From an uncultured Verrucomicrobiae bacterium (GTDB lineage: Bacteria; Chlamydiota; Chlamydiia; Chlamydiales; Rhabdochlamydiaceae), in contig CAWDYW010000003.1 in the NCBI GenBank assembly GCA_963806855.1, positions 224,001-288,000 of the forward strand: a stretch of 64,000 nucleotides of DNA. The letters run 5' to 3'. This document shows, in pieces, positions 27,612 through 38,222 of the stretch. The position numbers and the translations under genes were made by a program. The notes under the pieces were generated by a model. That model saw only the letters and a list, made by a program, of their open reading frames with translations. It was not told the origin of the DNA and ran no database searches. Each line of letters begins with the position of its first letter. The first letter of the stretch is position 1.

Positions 27612-29363
27612 CTAGCAAAAAATATAGCCCCTGCCATCATAGTAGGCTAGGACTTTAGTTTGGACAAGGGCATCTAGGAGATACCTAATCAGATTCTCTG
27701 CAAAACCATAACCGGTGGTTCCTTCAGAAAAATGAAACATTTTGAGTTTAGGTCCGATAGTGCGGCATAGAGACTCGAGGGCCTTCTTATCTAAAGTGAC
27801 GCTTCTATTTGTCAGCAATTGTGCGATTGAGCCTGGTGGATGCTCCTGATTAGTTTTTTTGACCCCTGCTTCAATTAGATCGAGCGTCCCCGTTAATAGT
27901 TCTGGGAATACTTCTTCATTGAATCGGCCGATCACTCCATCTGAACCTTCTCCCAACAGATTTCCTACTTTTTCTTCGAGATTTTGTCGGATCTGTTCCA
28001 CGGGAGGGTTGACAATCATATCTGGCTTTTCAAGTGTGATGCCATTGGCATGGATAAACTGTAGATGATTTCCATAAATGAGCTTATGTTTAGTTAAGAC
28101 CCGGTCTCTTACCGTTTCTAATTCCTTCCGCAACGCTGCTGAGATGGGGGCAAATTTATCTGCGGTGCTTAATATTTCCTCAAAATGAAGAGGAAACAAA
28201 TAAATTAGATCAAGACAAACCTCTGTACAATTGACTTCCCAAACGGTTTCGTGGGAGGGACGAAGCTGAGCCATTTGCTCGGGCTTTTTGATTGTTAAGC
28301 CTAAAATCCAATAGAGGCCTCGATAGAGCTTTCGTTTGAGATCGATCAAGGGGCTTTCAATTTTTTGAAGAGGGACCTTCTCAACAGAAATGTCTTTGGA
28401 TTGGAGCCGCTCTAAGTCGACAAGACCAATTTTGCCTCGTCCATTCTCTACATATAAACAGACATTATCATAACGCCCCATCGGCGATTGCGAGACGTGC
28501 ACGCAGGGGTCTTCTGGATATCCTGTTGTGGCCTCTATAGGAGCTTGAAAGAGCAGCCCTGTAAATTCCTTGACTGCATTAGTGAACAAATCCCTGTGTG
28601 TGTGGTAGAGACCGACCTGATCTTTGATTCTAGGGAGAGTAATCGGGAGTTTGCTTTCGACCTGAAAATGACTTCTATAAGTTCGCGCTCTTGGGACGAC
28701 AAGGTCTTCATAACCATTGTCTGCACAAATCTGCTGAGCTTGTTTCATTTTTGAAGCGCGGACCCAAATATCAGGCTTATCGCTCCGCTTCAAAACCAAG
28801 TCATCGAGAAAGCGGACATCGAGCTTACCAAAAATTGGGCCTGGTAATTCGATTAATTTTTCTGGAGCATCGAGATAGACTTTGGCTCTTTTCAATTCTG
28901 CATCGGTGATCTGGTATTTTTCCTCGTCAATGGGTTTCGATGAATGCAAAGTCGATCGGGTAGTTGCCAAAAGAATGGTTAGTAGCACGGAACCCGCAAG
29001 AACTGCTTGCCCTAAATGATAACGGGCCATCACATCGATGAGAGAAGGGAGATAATAGCCGACAGTCGTGACATCCATAATCGGACTGATCTCTTTGGCT
29101 AATTCGCCATTGATGATAGAAATGGAGACAAGGCTTAACCCCACACTGAAAATCCGCTGATCCCACACATATCTCTCCAGCATTTGGCCGATCGTCGAAA
29201 AGGCTGCGGCAGAAATTAACACATGATGGGGGTTGGGATGAACAATCAATTTCGCACCGGCAAGCGCGCCTAACAATGGACTGCTCCAAGAGCGGATTGT
29301 AGAGGCCCCAACGATAGCGCCTGCAGTAATTTTGACAAGATTAGAATAGATTACGCCACTCAT
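27612..29363 (-). CDS. Hypothetical protein, putative effector with hydrophobic N-terminus and possible kinase-like fold
   Basis: 583-aa ORF; hydrophobic first ~130 aa; LVLKR, GRYDNVCL and IGLVDLE resemble kinase motifs. Confidence 0.55.
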   Translation of the reverse strand: MSGVIYSNLVKITAGAIVGASTIRSWSSPLLGALAGAKLIVHPNPHHVLISAAAFSTIGQMLERYVWDQRIFSVGLSLVSISIINGELAKEISPIMDVTTVGYYLPSLIDVMARYHLGQAVLAGSVLLTILLATTRSTLHSSKPIDEEKYQITDAELKRAKVYLDAPEKLIELPGPIFGKLDVRFLDDLVLKRSDKPDIWVRASKMKQAQQICADNGYEDLVVPRARTYRSHFQVESKLPITLPRIKDQVGLYHTHRDLFTNAVKEFTGLLFQAPIEATTGYPEDPCVHVSQSPMGRYDNVCLYVENGRGKIGLVDLERLQSKDISVEKVPLQKIESPLIDLKRKLYRGLYWILGLTIKKPEQMAQLRPSHETVWEVNCTEVCLDLIYLFPLHFEEILSTADKFAPISAALRKELETVRDRVLTKHKLIYGNHLQFIHANGITLEKPDMIVNPPVEQIRQNLEEKVGNLLGEGSDGVIGRFNEEVFPELLTGTLDLIEAGVKKTNQEHPPGSIAQLLTNRSVTLDKKALESLCRTIGPKLKMFHFSEGTTGYGFAENLIRYLLDALVQTKVLAYYDGRGYIFC

Positions 29364-29394
29364 AAAGAGTGAGATTGTTAAGGATGAGGAGGAA

Positions 29395-30762
29395 TTAGTT
29401 CAATGAGTTTGTTGCCAAGTCTAAGTGGGCAAGAGGCTCTCGGGTGTTAGGTTCATCAGAGACCTCTTCATGAAGAGCGAGAGCATCGATTGTGCGGGGG
29501 TCCCGATTTTTCGTTGTGAGTAAGTCGTCGAAAAGATAGGCGAGTTCTGGACAATGCTCTTGCACCTCTTCATAGGCCGCGCGGATCGCCGCTCTATCGT
29601 GAAGCTTGTTTTTGCAGTTCTCGAGCGCGTTTTTGAGGCGCTGCAGACGTAAGGCGATTAGCTTATTAACTTTTGGCATCGGATTTAAATCGGCAATATC
29701 CAGTGGAAGGCGCGTGGCAGGAGATTCCTTTTTTGACTTGTGATAAAGCAAAATTTGATCTTCCTCCCAGAAGGAATTTTTGTCTGGATCAAGAGTAAGA
29801 GCAACACAAGGGACCAAAGAAATCCCACAAGGGAATTTGCTTAAAACTCGATCATCGTCACACCAGGATGAGACGACATTGGGAAGGGTGCGCATTGTAG
29901 TTTGTGCCGATAAATGATCTCGCTGGGCTTTGAGTTGTTGGCTCAGGTGTCTTAAAACGCTATTTTTTTGGGCCAGATCTGCATTTGCATCGGTCAATTC
30001 AGTTTTTTGAAGTTGGAGAGTGGCATTTGCACCGGTCAATTGAGTATTTTGACGTTGGAGAGCGGCCGCGGTTTTTCTCTGCTGCAATCAGGTCTTGACG
30101 GCTTTTGGCGCTCTCCTCCAGATGATGTTCCCGTAGCTTCTTGATGTCATCTCTGCTTTTATTTAATTCAAATGTTTCCGATAGCAAACACATGATCAAA
30201 CTAGATACAAAAGCGCTTGTGAAAATCACCGGATCAACATTAAGTGGAAGCGCTCCATGAGTTAACCAAGAGAGGAGGAGCGGGACTGCAAAAATCGGTA
30301 AATACTCCTTAAAGGCTATCTTCCCGAAATCCCGCAAGGAGTTAACTCTTATAAGATCAGCCATCATAAACCCTATTAACCCTGCTGTAGCGAATAAGGA
30401 GACAATGCGGAGAACTTCAGGCGATGAAATCAGCAAGTGAATTGCTGGAGCGATGGCTACATTGGGATTCATCTTTCTGTTCCACAAAATACTGATGGCT
30501 AACCCGACGCAGATTAGTGAAAGAACGACCGAAGCGGGCGTCGTATAGTTCAATAGTGACATCTGTCAAGTGCAGCAAAACTGATTGCACTCATAGAGCG
30601 AGAGAAGAGAGATGCCTTCTGTAATTTGTGCTCCAATTAAACACCGAAGGGCGACATTGAGAATAGGATGGTCGATCGCCACCATTAACCCACCGGCTAT
30701 GGCGCAAGTCAAAGGCCTATGAATTAGAAATAAAGATCGATTGCAGAAGACACATTAGTCAT
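29395..30762 (-). pseudogene. Frameshifted fourth U-box effector (hydrophobic N-terminus, coiled coil, U-box); possibly intact and broken by sequencing error
   Basis: ORFs 29999-30562 (hydrophobic) and 29395-30087 (coiled coil, then FPCGISLVP...DP...ESPATRLPL) overlap out of frame; an upstream fragment (RPLTCAIAGGLM) extends to ATG about 30762. Confidence 0.6.
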
Positions 30763-30821
30763 AATAATTAAAATTGTATATTAATTTATCGTATATATTG
30801 ACTAGTTTAAAATATTTTTTA

Positions 30822-32402
30822 TTATGAAATGCGCTGCAGTGTGATGACGACTTTAGGATAGCGGAGATGGGTGTAAGCCTCTTGTTCTGCTGCGGCCCCT
30901 AAAGCGACATCGCAGAGGCGGTGAGGGGAGAGGAGCACATTCTTGCCGAGGGTGTTTAGGAGGGGCTGTTCAAAGGGATCTTTTGGCAGGTTAGTCAGCA
31001 ATAACAAATCGCCATCATTGAAGGTGTCGACGGTTTCGGTGAAGGTGGCGTTGATGTTTTCGCCGATGAGCTGGTTCTCAGAGTGGATGGTGCGAGGCGT
31101 ATTGGTTCCTTGCGGCACATGGAGAAGGGGGACGTTATGGCCGCAGCTGAGCAGGGAGAGGGTGTCGTTGTAGGGGATCAGCTTGAGGATGGTCAGGTTG
31201 TAGCTTTCGGAGAGCTTGTCTTGGCAGATGAGGGTGTTAAGGGTGGCGGCAAATTCGGTTGGATCGAAGGCGATCGCGCTGGTTAGGTAAGGGTTGATTA
31301 AGCTCTTGATCATCCCTCGGAGGACTGCGATATGGATGGCGCTGGAAATTCTGCTGGTGGTGGTGTGGGCGAGGATGAGGGCTTCGGTGTTGTTGGAGAA
31401 TCTGAAGAAATCGATGTAGAGGCCCACTTGTTCGGGGGTCCGCTCTTTGGCGATGCCGATATCAAATTGGGGCCAGGAGGGTCGCTCGAAGGTGGAGAGG
31501 GCTTGCTCGCCACGCTGGACGATCTCCATCAGCTCGATCACTTGGTCGGTGGTGGGTCGCTCTTTGTTGAGTTCGGGCGATTTGGCATAGGCGGTGAGGT
31601 CGGTGATGAAGTCGACGATATCTTGGTAGCGCTCTTTGGGGGAGACGGCGATCGCTTTGCCGATGATCTTTTGCATGCCGGGGGGCAGCAGCGCCAGGTT
31701 GATCATGCCGTAGCTCAGTTTGCCGAGGATCAGTTCGTAGGCGATGACGCCCAGAGAATAGATGTCGGATTGGAAAGTGGCATTGGCGGCGTTCTCTTTT
31801 TGCTCGGGGGCCATGTAATTGGGGGTGCCCATCACTTGGCGTGTCGACTTGGGGCCATCGTCTTCATGGAGTTGGGCGATCCCGAAATCGATCACTTTCA
31901 CTTCGCCATCTTCGGAGATGATGATGTTTTCAGGTTTGAGGTCGCGGTGGATCACGCCATGGGTATGGAGGTGGCAGAGGGCGTAGGCCACTTGGAGGAT
32001 GATGGCGAGGCACCGTTTAAGGGAGAACGATTGCTGCATCAAAAATTGGCTTAAAGATACGCCTCGGATGAATTCCATGGCGATGTAGAGGCCCCCTTCC
32101 CATTTGCCATATTCGTAGAGTTTGACGATGTTGGGGTGGTCGGCCATGCCGATGATTTTGGCTTCCCAGAGGAAGTGGTCGATCATTTCGGGGTGGTTGA
32201 GGTAGTTGGGGGAGAGCACTTTGATGACTCGCGGCTCTTTAGTTTCGGGGGTGAAGCCGAGGAAGAGGAGGCTCATGCCCCCTTTGGCCAGGAGGGTTTC
32301 GATCCGGAAGGGGCCAATTTTTTCTGGGATCTCGACTGGCCCTTCGTCGATGAGCGAGGGGAGGGTCTTCTGCTCGTAGAATTTCTTCTCGCCACCTGTC
32401 AT
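30822..32402 (-). CDS. pkn5: Ser/Thr protein kinase Pkn5 with C-terminal SpoIIE/PP2C-like domain
   Basis: KGGMS, VIKVL, HRDLKPEN, IDFG, GTPNYMAPE; position after cdsQ as in Chlamydia. Confidence 0.88.
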   Translation of the reverse strand: MTGGEKKFYEQKTLPSLIDEGPVEIPEKIGPFRIETLLAKGGMSLLFLGFTPETKEPRVIKVLSPNYLNHPEMIDHFLWEAKIIGMADHPNIVKLYEYGKWEGGLYIAMEFIRGVSLSQFLMQQSFSLKRCLAIILQVAYALCHLHTHGVIHRDLKPENIIISEDGEVKVIDFGIAQLHEDDGPKSTRQVMGTPNYMAPEQKENAANATFQSDIYSLGVIAYELILGKLSYGMINLALLPPGMQKIIGKAIAVSPKERYQDIVDFITDLTAYAKSPELNKERPTTDQVIELMEIVQRGEQALSTFERPSWPQFDIGIAKERTPEQVGLYIDFFRFSNNTEALILAHTTTSRISSAIHIAVLRGMIKSLINPYLTSAIAFDPTEFAATLNTLICQDKLSESYNLTILKLIPYNDTLSLLSCGHNVPLLHVPQGTNTPRTIHSENQLIGENINATFTETVDTFNDGDLLLLTNLPKDPFEQPLLNTLGKNVLLSPHRLCDVALGAAAEQEAYTHLRYPKVVITLQRIS

Positions 32403-32403
32403 T

Positions 32404-33543
32404 TTATTCGCCTAATTTGAGGATTTTGACGCCGAGCGCATCTCCCAATTGCACCAGTTCCCCTTTGGCGATCCGTTTGCCGCCGACAGTGAGGTGGACG
32501 TTGGGGAGAGGGGCGAGAGCCAAATCGAGGACGTTGCCCGGTTTGAGTTTGGTCACCTGGTCGAGGGGCATATGCAAGCGGCCCGCTTCGACGACGATGG
32601 TAATGGGGATCTGTTTGGTGGAGAGGAACTCTTCAGTTTTCTCTTCATTCTCATCAGCCGACCAAAGGTGTTTCTGGTCATCCATTCTTGAGAGATCTTC
32701 ATCCTCATCATTTGTCATAGGGGTCTCCTCTTGGAAAAGGGCATATTCTAATATTTTCACTTCGTGTTCTTTGATCCGGACATCAAAGAGGGGGGTGGTG
32801 CCGAGGGTCAGGCTGGCACTCCCTCGGTGATGCTTCAGATCGTAGGAACACCTATCGAGCAGCAGTAGATCGCCCTTTTTCAACTTTTTCCACTCCGCGG
32901 CCATTAGGGTCGTCGCACCGATTTCCACCTGCAGGGGGAGGGGGAGCTGGGCGAGCTTAGGATCGGAAAGCAACGGGGGCTTTTTCATCGAGAAATAGGA
33001 GGTGAAGCTGGCGTGGGTCTCGCTTGGGACTAGGATGCGGCCCCAAAGGGGGACGCCTCCCCGTTTGATCGCGATGTCGATGGCCATTGCTCCTTGTGCT
33101 GGGAGCTCGTTTTCTTCCGACAGGGAGGCAACTAGATCGCCGTAGAAGCCCTTGCTGTTGAAGATCGAGAGGATGTTGAGGAGGATAAACTGATAGAATC
33201 CCTCTTGCAGCGATCCCTCGGAAAACCCTTTAGTCTTTTCATCTTTGGTCAGCAGGAACTGGATCAGGGTGTCCCGGCTTTTCTGCGGGCTAATCCAAAA
33301 AAAGTTGCCATGGATGGGGGAGAGAGTAAAGGAGTGGGTGACAGGGTGGTCGCCCATGCCGGCGGTGAGGTCTTCTCTCGAGAGCCACTCGGTTCTATGG
33401 TGGGAAATTTCGAGATCTTTTAACTCTAATGATCTCGACAGCTCATCGGAGAAGATCTTCCAAGGAAAATGGGGCGCCGTTCCCCAGAGGGGGATCATTT
33501 CGAGCTCTTTCAAGGCGCTTTCGATTTTTTTCAGTAGGGCCAT
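32404..33543 (-). CDS. sctQ: T3SS cytoplasmic ring protein SctQ/CdsQ
   Basis: Two SpoA/FliMN domains (LQVEIGATTL..., IVVEAGRL...GELVQLGDALGVKI); synteny. Confidence 0.9.
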   Translation of the reverse strand: MALLKKIESALKELEMIPLWGTAPHFPWKIFSDELSRSLELKDLEISHHRTEWLSREDLTAGMGDHPVTHSFTLSPIHGNFFWISPQKSRDTLIQFLLTKDEKTKGFSEGSLQEGFYQFILLNILSIFNSKGFYGDLVASLSEENELPAQGAMAIDIAIKRGGVPLWGRILVPSETHASFTSYFSMKKPPLLSDPKLAQLPLPLQVEIGATTLMAAEWKKLKKGDLLLLDRCSYDLKHHRGSASLTLGTTPLFDVRIKEHEVKILEYALFQEETPMTNDEDEDLSRMDDQKHLWSADENEEKTEEFLSTKQIPITIVVEAGRLHMPLDQVTKLKPGNVLDLALAPLPNVHLTVGGKRIAKGELVQLGDALGVKILKLGE

Positions 33544-34091
33544 TAAGCGTCTTCCTCGTAAACGTCTTCCTCACGCTCGACTTTCTTGACGAGATAGTTT
33601 TCAGTCTCTAAGCAGGTATCGATTCGGTAAACTGAAAAGCCAAGATCCTGTTTTTGCAGGGCGATCATCAATTCAGCTGCGTGAGATTCGAAGAGGGCAA
33701 CCGCCTTAGAATGGGACGAAAATTCGATGTTGAAGACTTTGGGCGCCGTGCTGTATTCGGTAATGGTGATTCTCGCTCCTTGGAAAGTATTAAACGCATC
33801 GCCATCGAGAAAGAAGGTGGTCTCTTGGACCCCTTCGGTATGGGTCACGATGATGGCACCCAGCAATTTGTCATAGAGAGCTCCCACTTGGCTCGAGGGG
33901 TCGATGGAGATATTCAGAGGCTCACTCGATTGATTCGCGATGAATTGCTTGATCACTTGTAAGGAATCGGCCTCGATCTGCTCGGGAAGGGAGCTCTTGT
34001 TTTTTTTGTATTGGGTGGGTTGTTTAGTTGTCTCCCTCTTGGGCAGCTCTTTCTTTTCGATTTTGGCAAGTTCAATGGGTTGTGGGATCAT
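33543..34091 (-). CDS. Short CdsP/SctP-like paralog (needle-length ruler C-terminal domain)
   Basis: ITEYSTAPKVFNI...AVALF...RIDT aligns by eye with the upstream CdsP C-terminus (ISEFSTAPKAYNI...AVALF...RIDT). Confidence 0.65.
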   Translation of the reverse strand: MIPQPIELAKIEKKELPKRETTKQPTQYKKNKSSLPEQIEADSLQVIKQFIANQSSEPLNISIDPSSQVGALYDKLLGAIIVTHTEGVQETTFFLDGDAFNTFQGARITITEYSTAPKVFNIEFSSHSKAVALFESHAAELMIALQKQDLGFSVYRIDTCLETENYLVKKVEREEDVYEEDA

Positions 34092-35288
34092 TCTGCACCT
34101 TTTTTCCGTTTCACGCGACGCGTTTCTCTCTTCCGCTCCTCAGGGGCGCCGGTGAGATACCCGGTATCTATCCGGTTCACTTTGAAAGTATAATTGCCCG
34201 CCTGAAAAGCTGCCACTAATTCCTGTGCGTTGTTGGTGAAGAGGGCGACGGCTTGCTGATTCCCAAGCAGTTGGATGTTGTATGCCTTGGGGGCGGTTGA
34301 GAACTCTGAGATGACGATTTGGGCTCCATAGAAGACCGAATTGGCAAACTTGGGGTTGTCTAGGTTGATCGTCGTTTTGGTCACGCCGGTCGTATTCATC
34401 ACGGTCATCACCCCGACCATCCGCTCGAAAAGGGCGGCGACAGGGGCCGGTAGGTTAGCAAAGGGAGCGGTGATCGGCGGCAACGGCTCGCCACCAGGCA
34501 AAATAACAGGGGCGGCAGGAGGAGCGCCCGTTTGGAAGGTGGTCGCGACGACCGGCTCCTCTTTTTTGACCGGCGCCACTTTTTTCACCAGTTTTTCTTC
34601 CCCCCGCTCTAAATCTTCGGCCCTCTCCCAAGCTCCTTGAGGAAGTTGAGCTGGCGGCGGCGCTACAGCTTCTTCTGCAGCTGGAGCAGGTCTCTGCGGG
34701 CTTTTTCTGCTTTTTGGGAACTTCGACGTGTTGGGGTGGCTTTGTTTCGACTATTTCTTTTTTGCTGACAGGTTTTTTCCCGGGTGGGTGGGCAGCCACC
34801 TTTTTCTCTGCCGGCTTCTCGACTTTCTTCCCTTTCTCTACGATTGGCTCTTTTCTTTGTTCGACCTGTCTTCTTCGCTCTGTTCTTGGCTGCTGGGGCG
34901 TCGAGACGGTCGGCTCTGTTTCGGCCAGTGGATAGTGCTCTTCAGGTGCGACTGGCGGCTCATAGATAGAGGGCTGCGGAGTCGGCGCCGCCGGCTCTTC
35001 TGCCGGTGACACGCCTGCCGACTCGGGGATCTTTATTTCGAAGTCGCCCGAAGGGGAAGGAGTAATGATATCTCGATTCGAAGGCTGGGCAGTGGTCATC
35101 TCGGCGGCCTCTTCCTCTTCACGCTCGGCTTGACTTTTCCGTTTTCGCTGCTCTTCGGGATCGGTCTCACGCACTTTGCCCGATTTCATCATTTCGCGAA
35201 AGCGATCGGGTTCACTGCTTTTTTTCCTTTTTGGACCCTCCGGGCCAGGTCCTAATTTGCCCCCTTCTACTTTTCCCAAATCAGCCAT
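34088..35288 (-). CDS. sctP: CdsP/SctP needle-length control protein (CT671 position), frameshifted around 34600-34700
   Basis: Disordered P/E/K-rich N-terminal ORF (34455-35288) plus C-terminal domain ORF (34088-34588); lies between cdsO and cdsQ. Confidence 0.65.
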
Positions 35289-35784
35289 CTTTTTTCCGCT
35301 TTTTTTTCTTCATGATGAAACGGGTGCTCCCCATCTCATCGGTTTCTTTGGCCTCTTCCTTCTCGAGCTCTTTCGCTTCCTCTTTTTTCCATTCGTGGGC
35401 GTGTTCTTTAAGTTTTTCGACTTCCCGCTCCCGCTTGACCATCGCTTTTCGGGCCTCTTCGACCTCTTGCTCTGCTTTTTCTACCTGTTTGATTTGATCT
35501 GCAACCTTTTTTTCATGGACCTTTAGCTTTTCATCGACCAGTTTCATATAGAGCCGCATCTGTTCGATTTTGTCGGTTCTCATCCCCTCGTCGAGGGCGG
35601 CGCGCAGCTGCGTCAGCTTATCTTTCTTATGCTTTTTGACCTTGTCCCGCTCATCTTCAAGCTTCTTGAGCTTCTCTTCTTCGGCTGCCAACTTCTCTTT
35701 TTTTTCGCGCAGCACCCTTTCTGCCTCTTCGAGCTTTTTCTTTTTGATCACTTGAAGCTGATGGAGGGGATACTCTTTGGCCAT
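35281..35784 (-). CDS. sctO: T3SS stalk protein SctO/CdsO
   Basis: YPLHQL start, all coiled coil, EEAKETDEMG; directly after the ATPase gene. Confidence 0.85.
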   Translation of the reverse strand: MAKEYPLHQLQVIKKKKLEEAERVLREKKEKLAAEEEKLKKLEDERDKVKKHKKDKLTQLRAALDEGMRTDKIEQMRLYMKLVDEKLKVHEKKVADQIKQVEKAEQEVEEARKAMVKREREVEKLKEHAHEWKKEEAKELEKEEAKETDEMGSTRFIMKKKKRKKDG

Positions 35785-37098
35785 TATCTGAAGAGGGCTT
35801 TGAGTTGCGCCAGGGTCTCATTGAAAGAACATTTTTCTTCGACACGCTGCTTCAAGAAGCGGTTCACCTGATCGATGTAGCGGATCGCAAAATCGGCCTG
35901 TTTGTCTGAGCCAGGTTTGTATTCGCCGATGCGGATGAGAAGCTCGTTTTTCTTGTAGTTGGACAGCACCTCGCGGATTTTGCCGATCAGCTCGACATGC
36001 TCTTTGGTTGTCACCAGCGTCAAGACCCGGCTGATCGAGGCGAGGACATCGATAGCAGGATAGTGGTGTTGGCGTGCCAGATCAGTAGAGAGGATGATGT
36101 GTCCATCGAGAATCGAGCGCGTCTCGTCGGCGACCGGCTCATTGATATCGTCTCCGGCGACAAAAATCGTGTAAAAGGCGGTCATGAATCCCTTCTCAGA
36201 GTTGCCCGACCGCTCGAGCAGTCTGGGCAGAGTGGCAAAGACGGAAGGGGTAAATCCCGCGCGGGCCGGTGGTTCCCCGGCGGCAAGGCCGATTTCGCGC
36301 AGCGCTCTGGCAAAGCGGGTGACCGAGTCCATCATCAAAATGACCGTTTTGCCCTGCTCGCGGAAATATTCGGCGATCGCCGTTCCGACATAGGCAGCGT
36401 TGATCCTCAGCTGCGCCGCCTGATCCGAAGTGGAGACGATGACGACAGAGCGGGCAGGCCCTCTACGCCCAGGTCGTGATCAAAAACTCGCGCACTTCTC
36501 TTCCCCGCTCGCCGATGAGGGCGATCACGTTGACATCGGCGACCGCATTGCGGGCGATCATCCCGAGCAGCGTCGATTTTCCGACGCCCGCTCCGGCGAA
36601 AATGCCCATGCGCTGCCCTTTTCCGACCGTCAGAACGCCGTCGATGCCCGCACCCCGACTGCGAGCGGCTCTTCGATCAGTTGCCGTTTGAGGGGATCGG
36701 GAGGGGATTCGATGACCGGATAGGATTCAGTTAAAATGAGAGGCCCTTTGTTCTTCGACATCGATCGCTTCGCCATAGCCATTCGAGACCCGGCCGAGAA
36801 GCCTTGTCCCACTTTGATCTGCATCGTCATCTTCAGCGGAATCACTTCCGAAGAGGGGCCGATGCCGCTCATATCGCCAAAAGGAGAGAGAAAGACCTCA
36901 TCGCGCGTAAAGCCGACCACCTCAGCCATCAGAGGGGACCCCATCGCGCTTGATCATGCAGATTTCGCCCATTTTCACGTCAGGGATGACAGCTTTGATG
37001 AGCATGCCGATCACTTCGGTGATCCGGCCGTGGACAGTCGCCAGCTCGACCTGGTCGAGGTGGGAGATAATTTTGTCAAAATCTGGGGTTTTGCCCAT
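35784..37098 (-). CDS. sctN: T3SS ATPase SctN/CdsN (several indels, probably sequencing errors)
   Basis: Fragments [33 protein letters not shown] (Walker A) and [23 protein letters not shown]...DGHIILS lie in different frames. Confidence 0.9.
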
Positions 37099-37108
37099 AA
37101 GAGACCCC

Positions 37109-37761
37109 TTACAATTGGATGTTCATCATCATCTTCAGGTCGTCGATAGCCTTACCGAGGAGCAAAGATGAGTATTCCAATTCCTGTTGCGCTTTATTCA
37201 GCTTGATCTGGACCATCAGCATGTCGGATGGACTCATCTGCTCGCCCTTAGCAGAAATCTGGGCAAGCATGCTCTGGGTGGCATCGAGCTGCCGCTGTCC
37301 CGAAGTGACCAAGTTGACAAATTTTTGAAGCGGACCGCCCTTTCCTTGCTGCTCTTCTTCTTCAACAATAGGGGCGCCAACCTTGGTCGCGCCGACTGGA
37401 TATGCCCTTTGGCAGAGGAGAGCTTATTTTTCAGCAAATATTTGGTCGACTGCTTCAGTTTTAGCTTGGGTGTATTGAGTTGAGTGTTGATATCTCCCAT
37501 CGTCGCCCCGGCCACCTTTGCCTGATCTTGGATCGAAGCGAGCGTCGGCCCAGGAGGAGGAACCCGCCCGTGCGCCAAATCAAAAGGGGAGGCCTGCGTC
37601 GGTTTCCCGGTCGCCGCCAATGGATTAGGCTCTCCGCCCTTCATATAGGAACTAAAGGTGCGGATTTGGTCTTCAGGTTCTTTTGAGGGCCCCTCGCCAA
37701 CTCGAGGGACAATCCCTGCTTGTTCCGTAACATCTTTAGGATTGGGGATACCAGTACTCAT
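37109..37761 (-). CDS. CT668-like T3SS-associated protein (frameshift around 37320-37390)
   Basis: Two overlapping ORFs between cdsG and cdsN; C-terminus LMVQIKLNKAQQELEYSSLLLGKAIDDLKMMMNIQL. Confidence 0.7.
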
Positions 37762-38204
37762 TTCTTTTTCTTCTTCTTTTCGGGCGGTTTTTGAAGTGGT
37801 GTCGGAGCTTTTTTAATGAATTTTTCTACGAATTCGAGCGCAGTACCAGCGAGCTTCTTCACTTGAGGATCCTTCGATTTCTCTGCGGTCTCCTCGAGCA
37901 GATGCTCACCTCTGGCAACTTCAGTAGCTGTCAGAGCATAGCTGATACCGAAAAAGGCCTTCGCCATCTCATTGGTGGGTTCTTTTGCAATCACCTCGTC
38001 GAACAGCTTGCAAGCCTGCTTGAGCTCGAGCTTCATCATGTGCATATAGCCCCGTCCCACTTTGGGGAGAGTATTTTCTGGCCTTAGCAACTCAGAAGCT
38101 TTGAATAGCTTAGAAGCGGCATCCTCGTCGGCCTGATTGACCGCGATGAAACCGGCCTCGCAAAGGAGGATAAAGTGGTCTTTAAATTTTTGAAGATCTG
38201 CCAT
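37758..38204 (-). CDS. cdsG: Needle chaperone CdsG (CT667-like, TPR)
   Basis: LLCEAGFIAVNQADEDAASKLF; synteny after cdsF. Confidence 0.8.
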   Translation of the reverse strand: MADLQKFKDHFILLCEAGFIAVNQADEDAASKLFKASELLRPENTLPKVGRGYMHMMKLELKQACKLFDEVIAKEPTNEMAKAFFGISYALTATEVARGEHLLEETAEKSKDPQVKKLAGTALEFVEKFIKKAPTPLQKPPEKKKKKK

Positions 38205-38222
38205 ATAATTAGCCCCCTACCC

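Noticed and set aside
35784..37098. Programmed ribosomal frameshifting or true pseudogenisation of sctN
   Set aside because: Several scattered indels occur without a consistent slippery site, the same pattern appears in snf2 and mreB, and the rest of the T3SS is intact.
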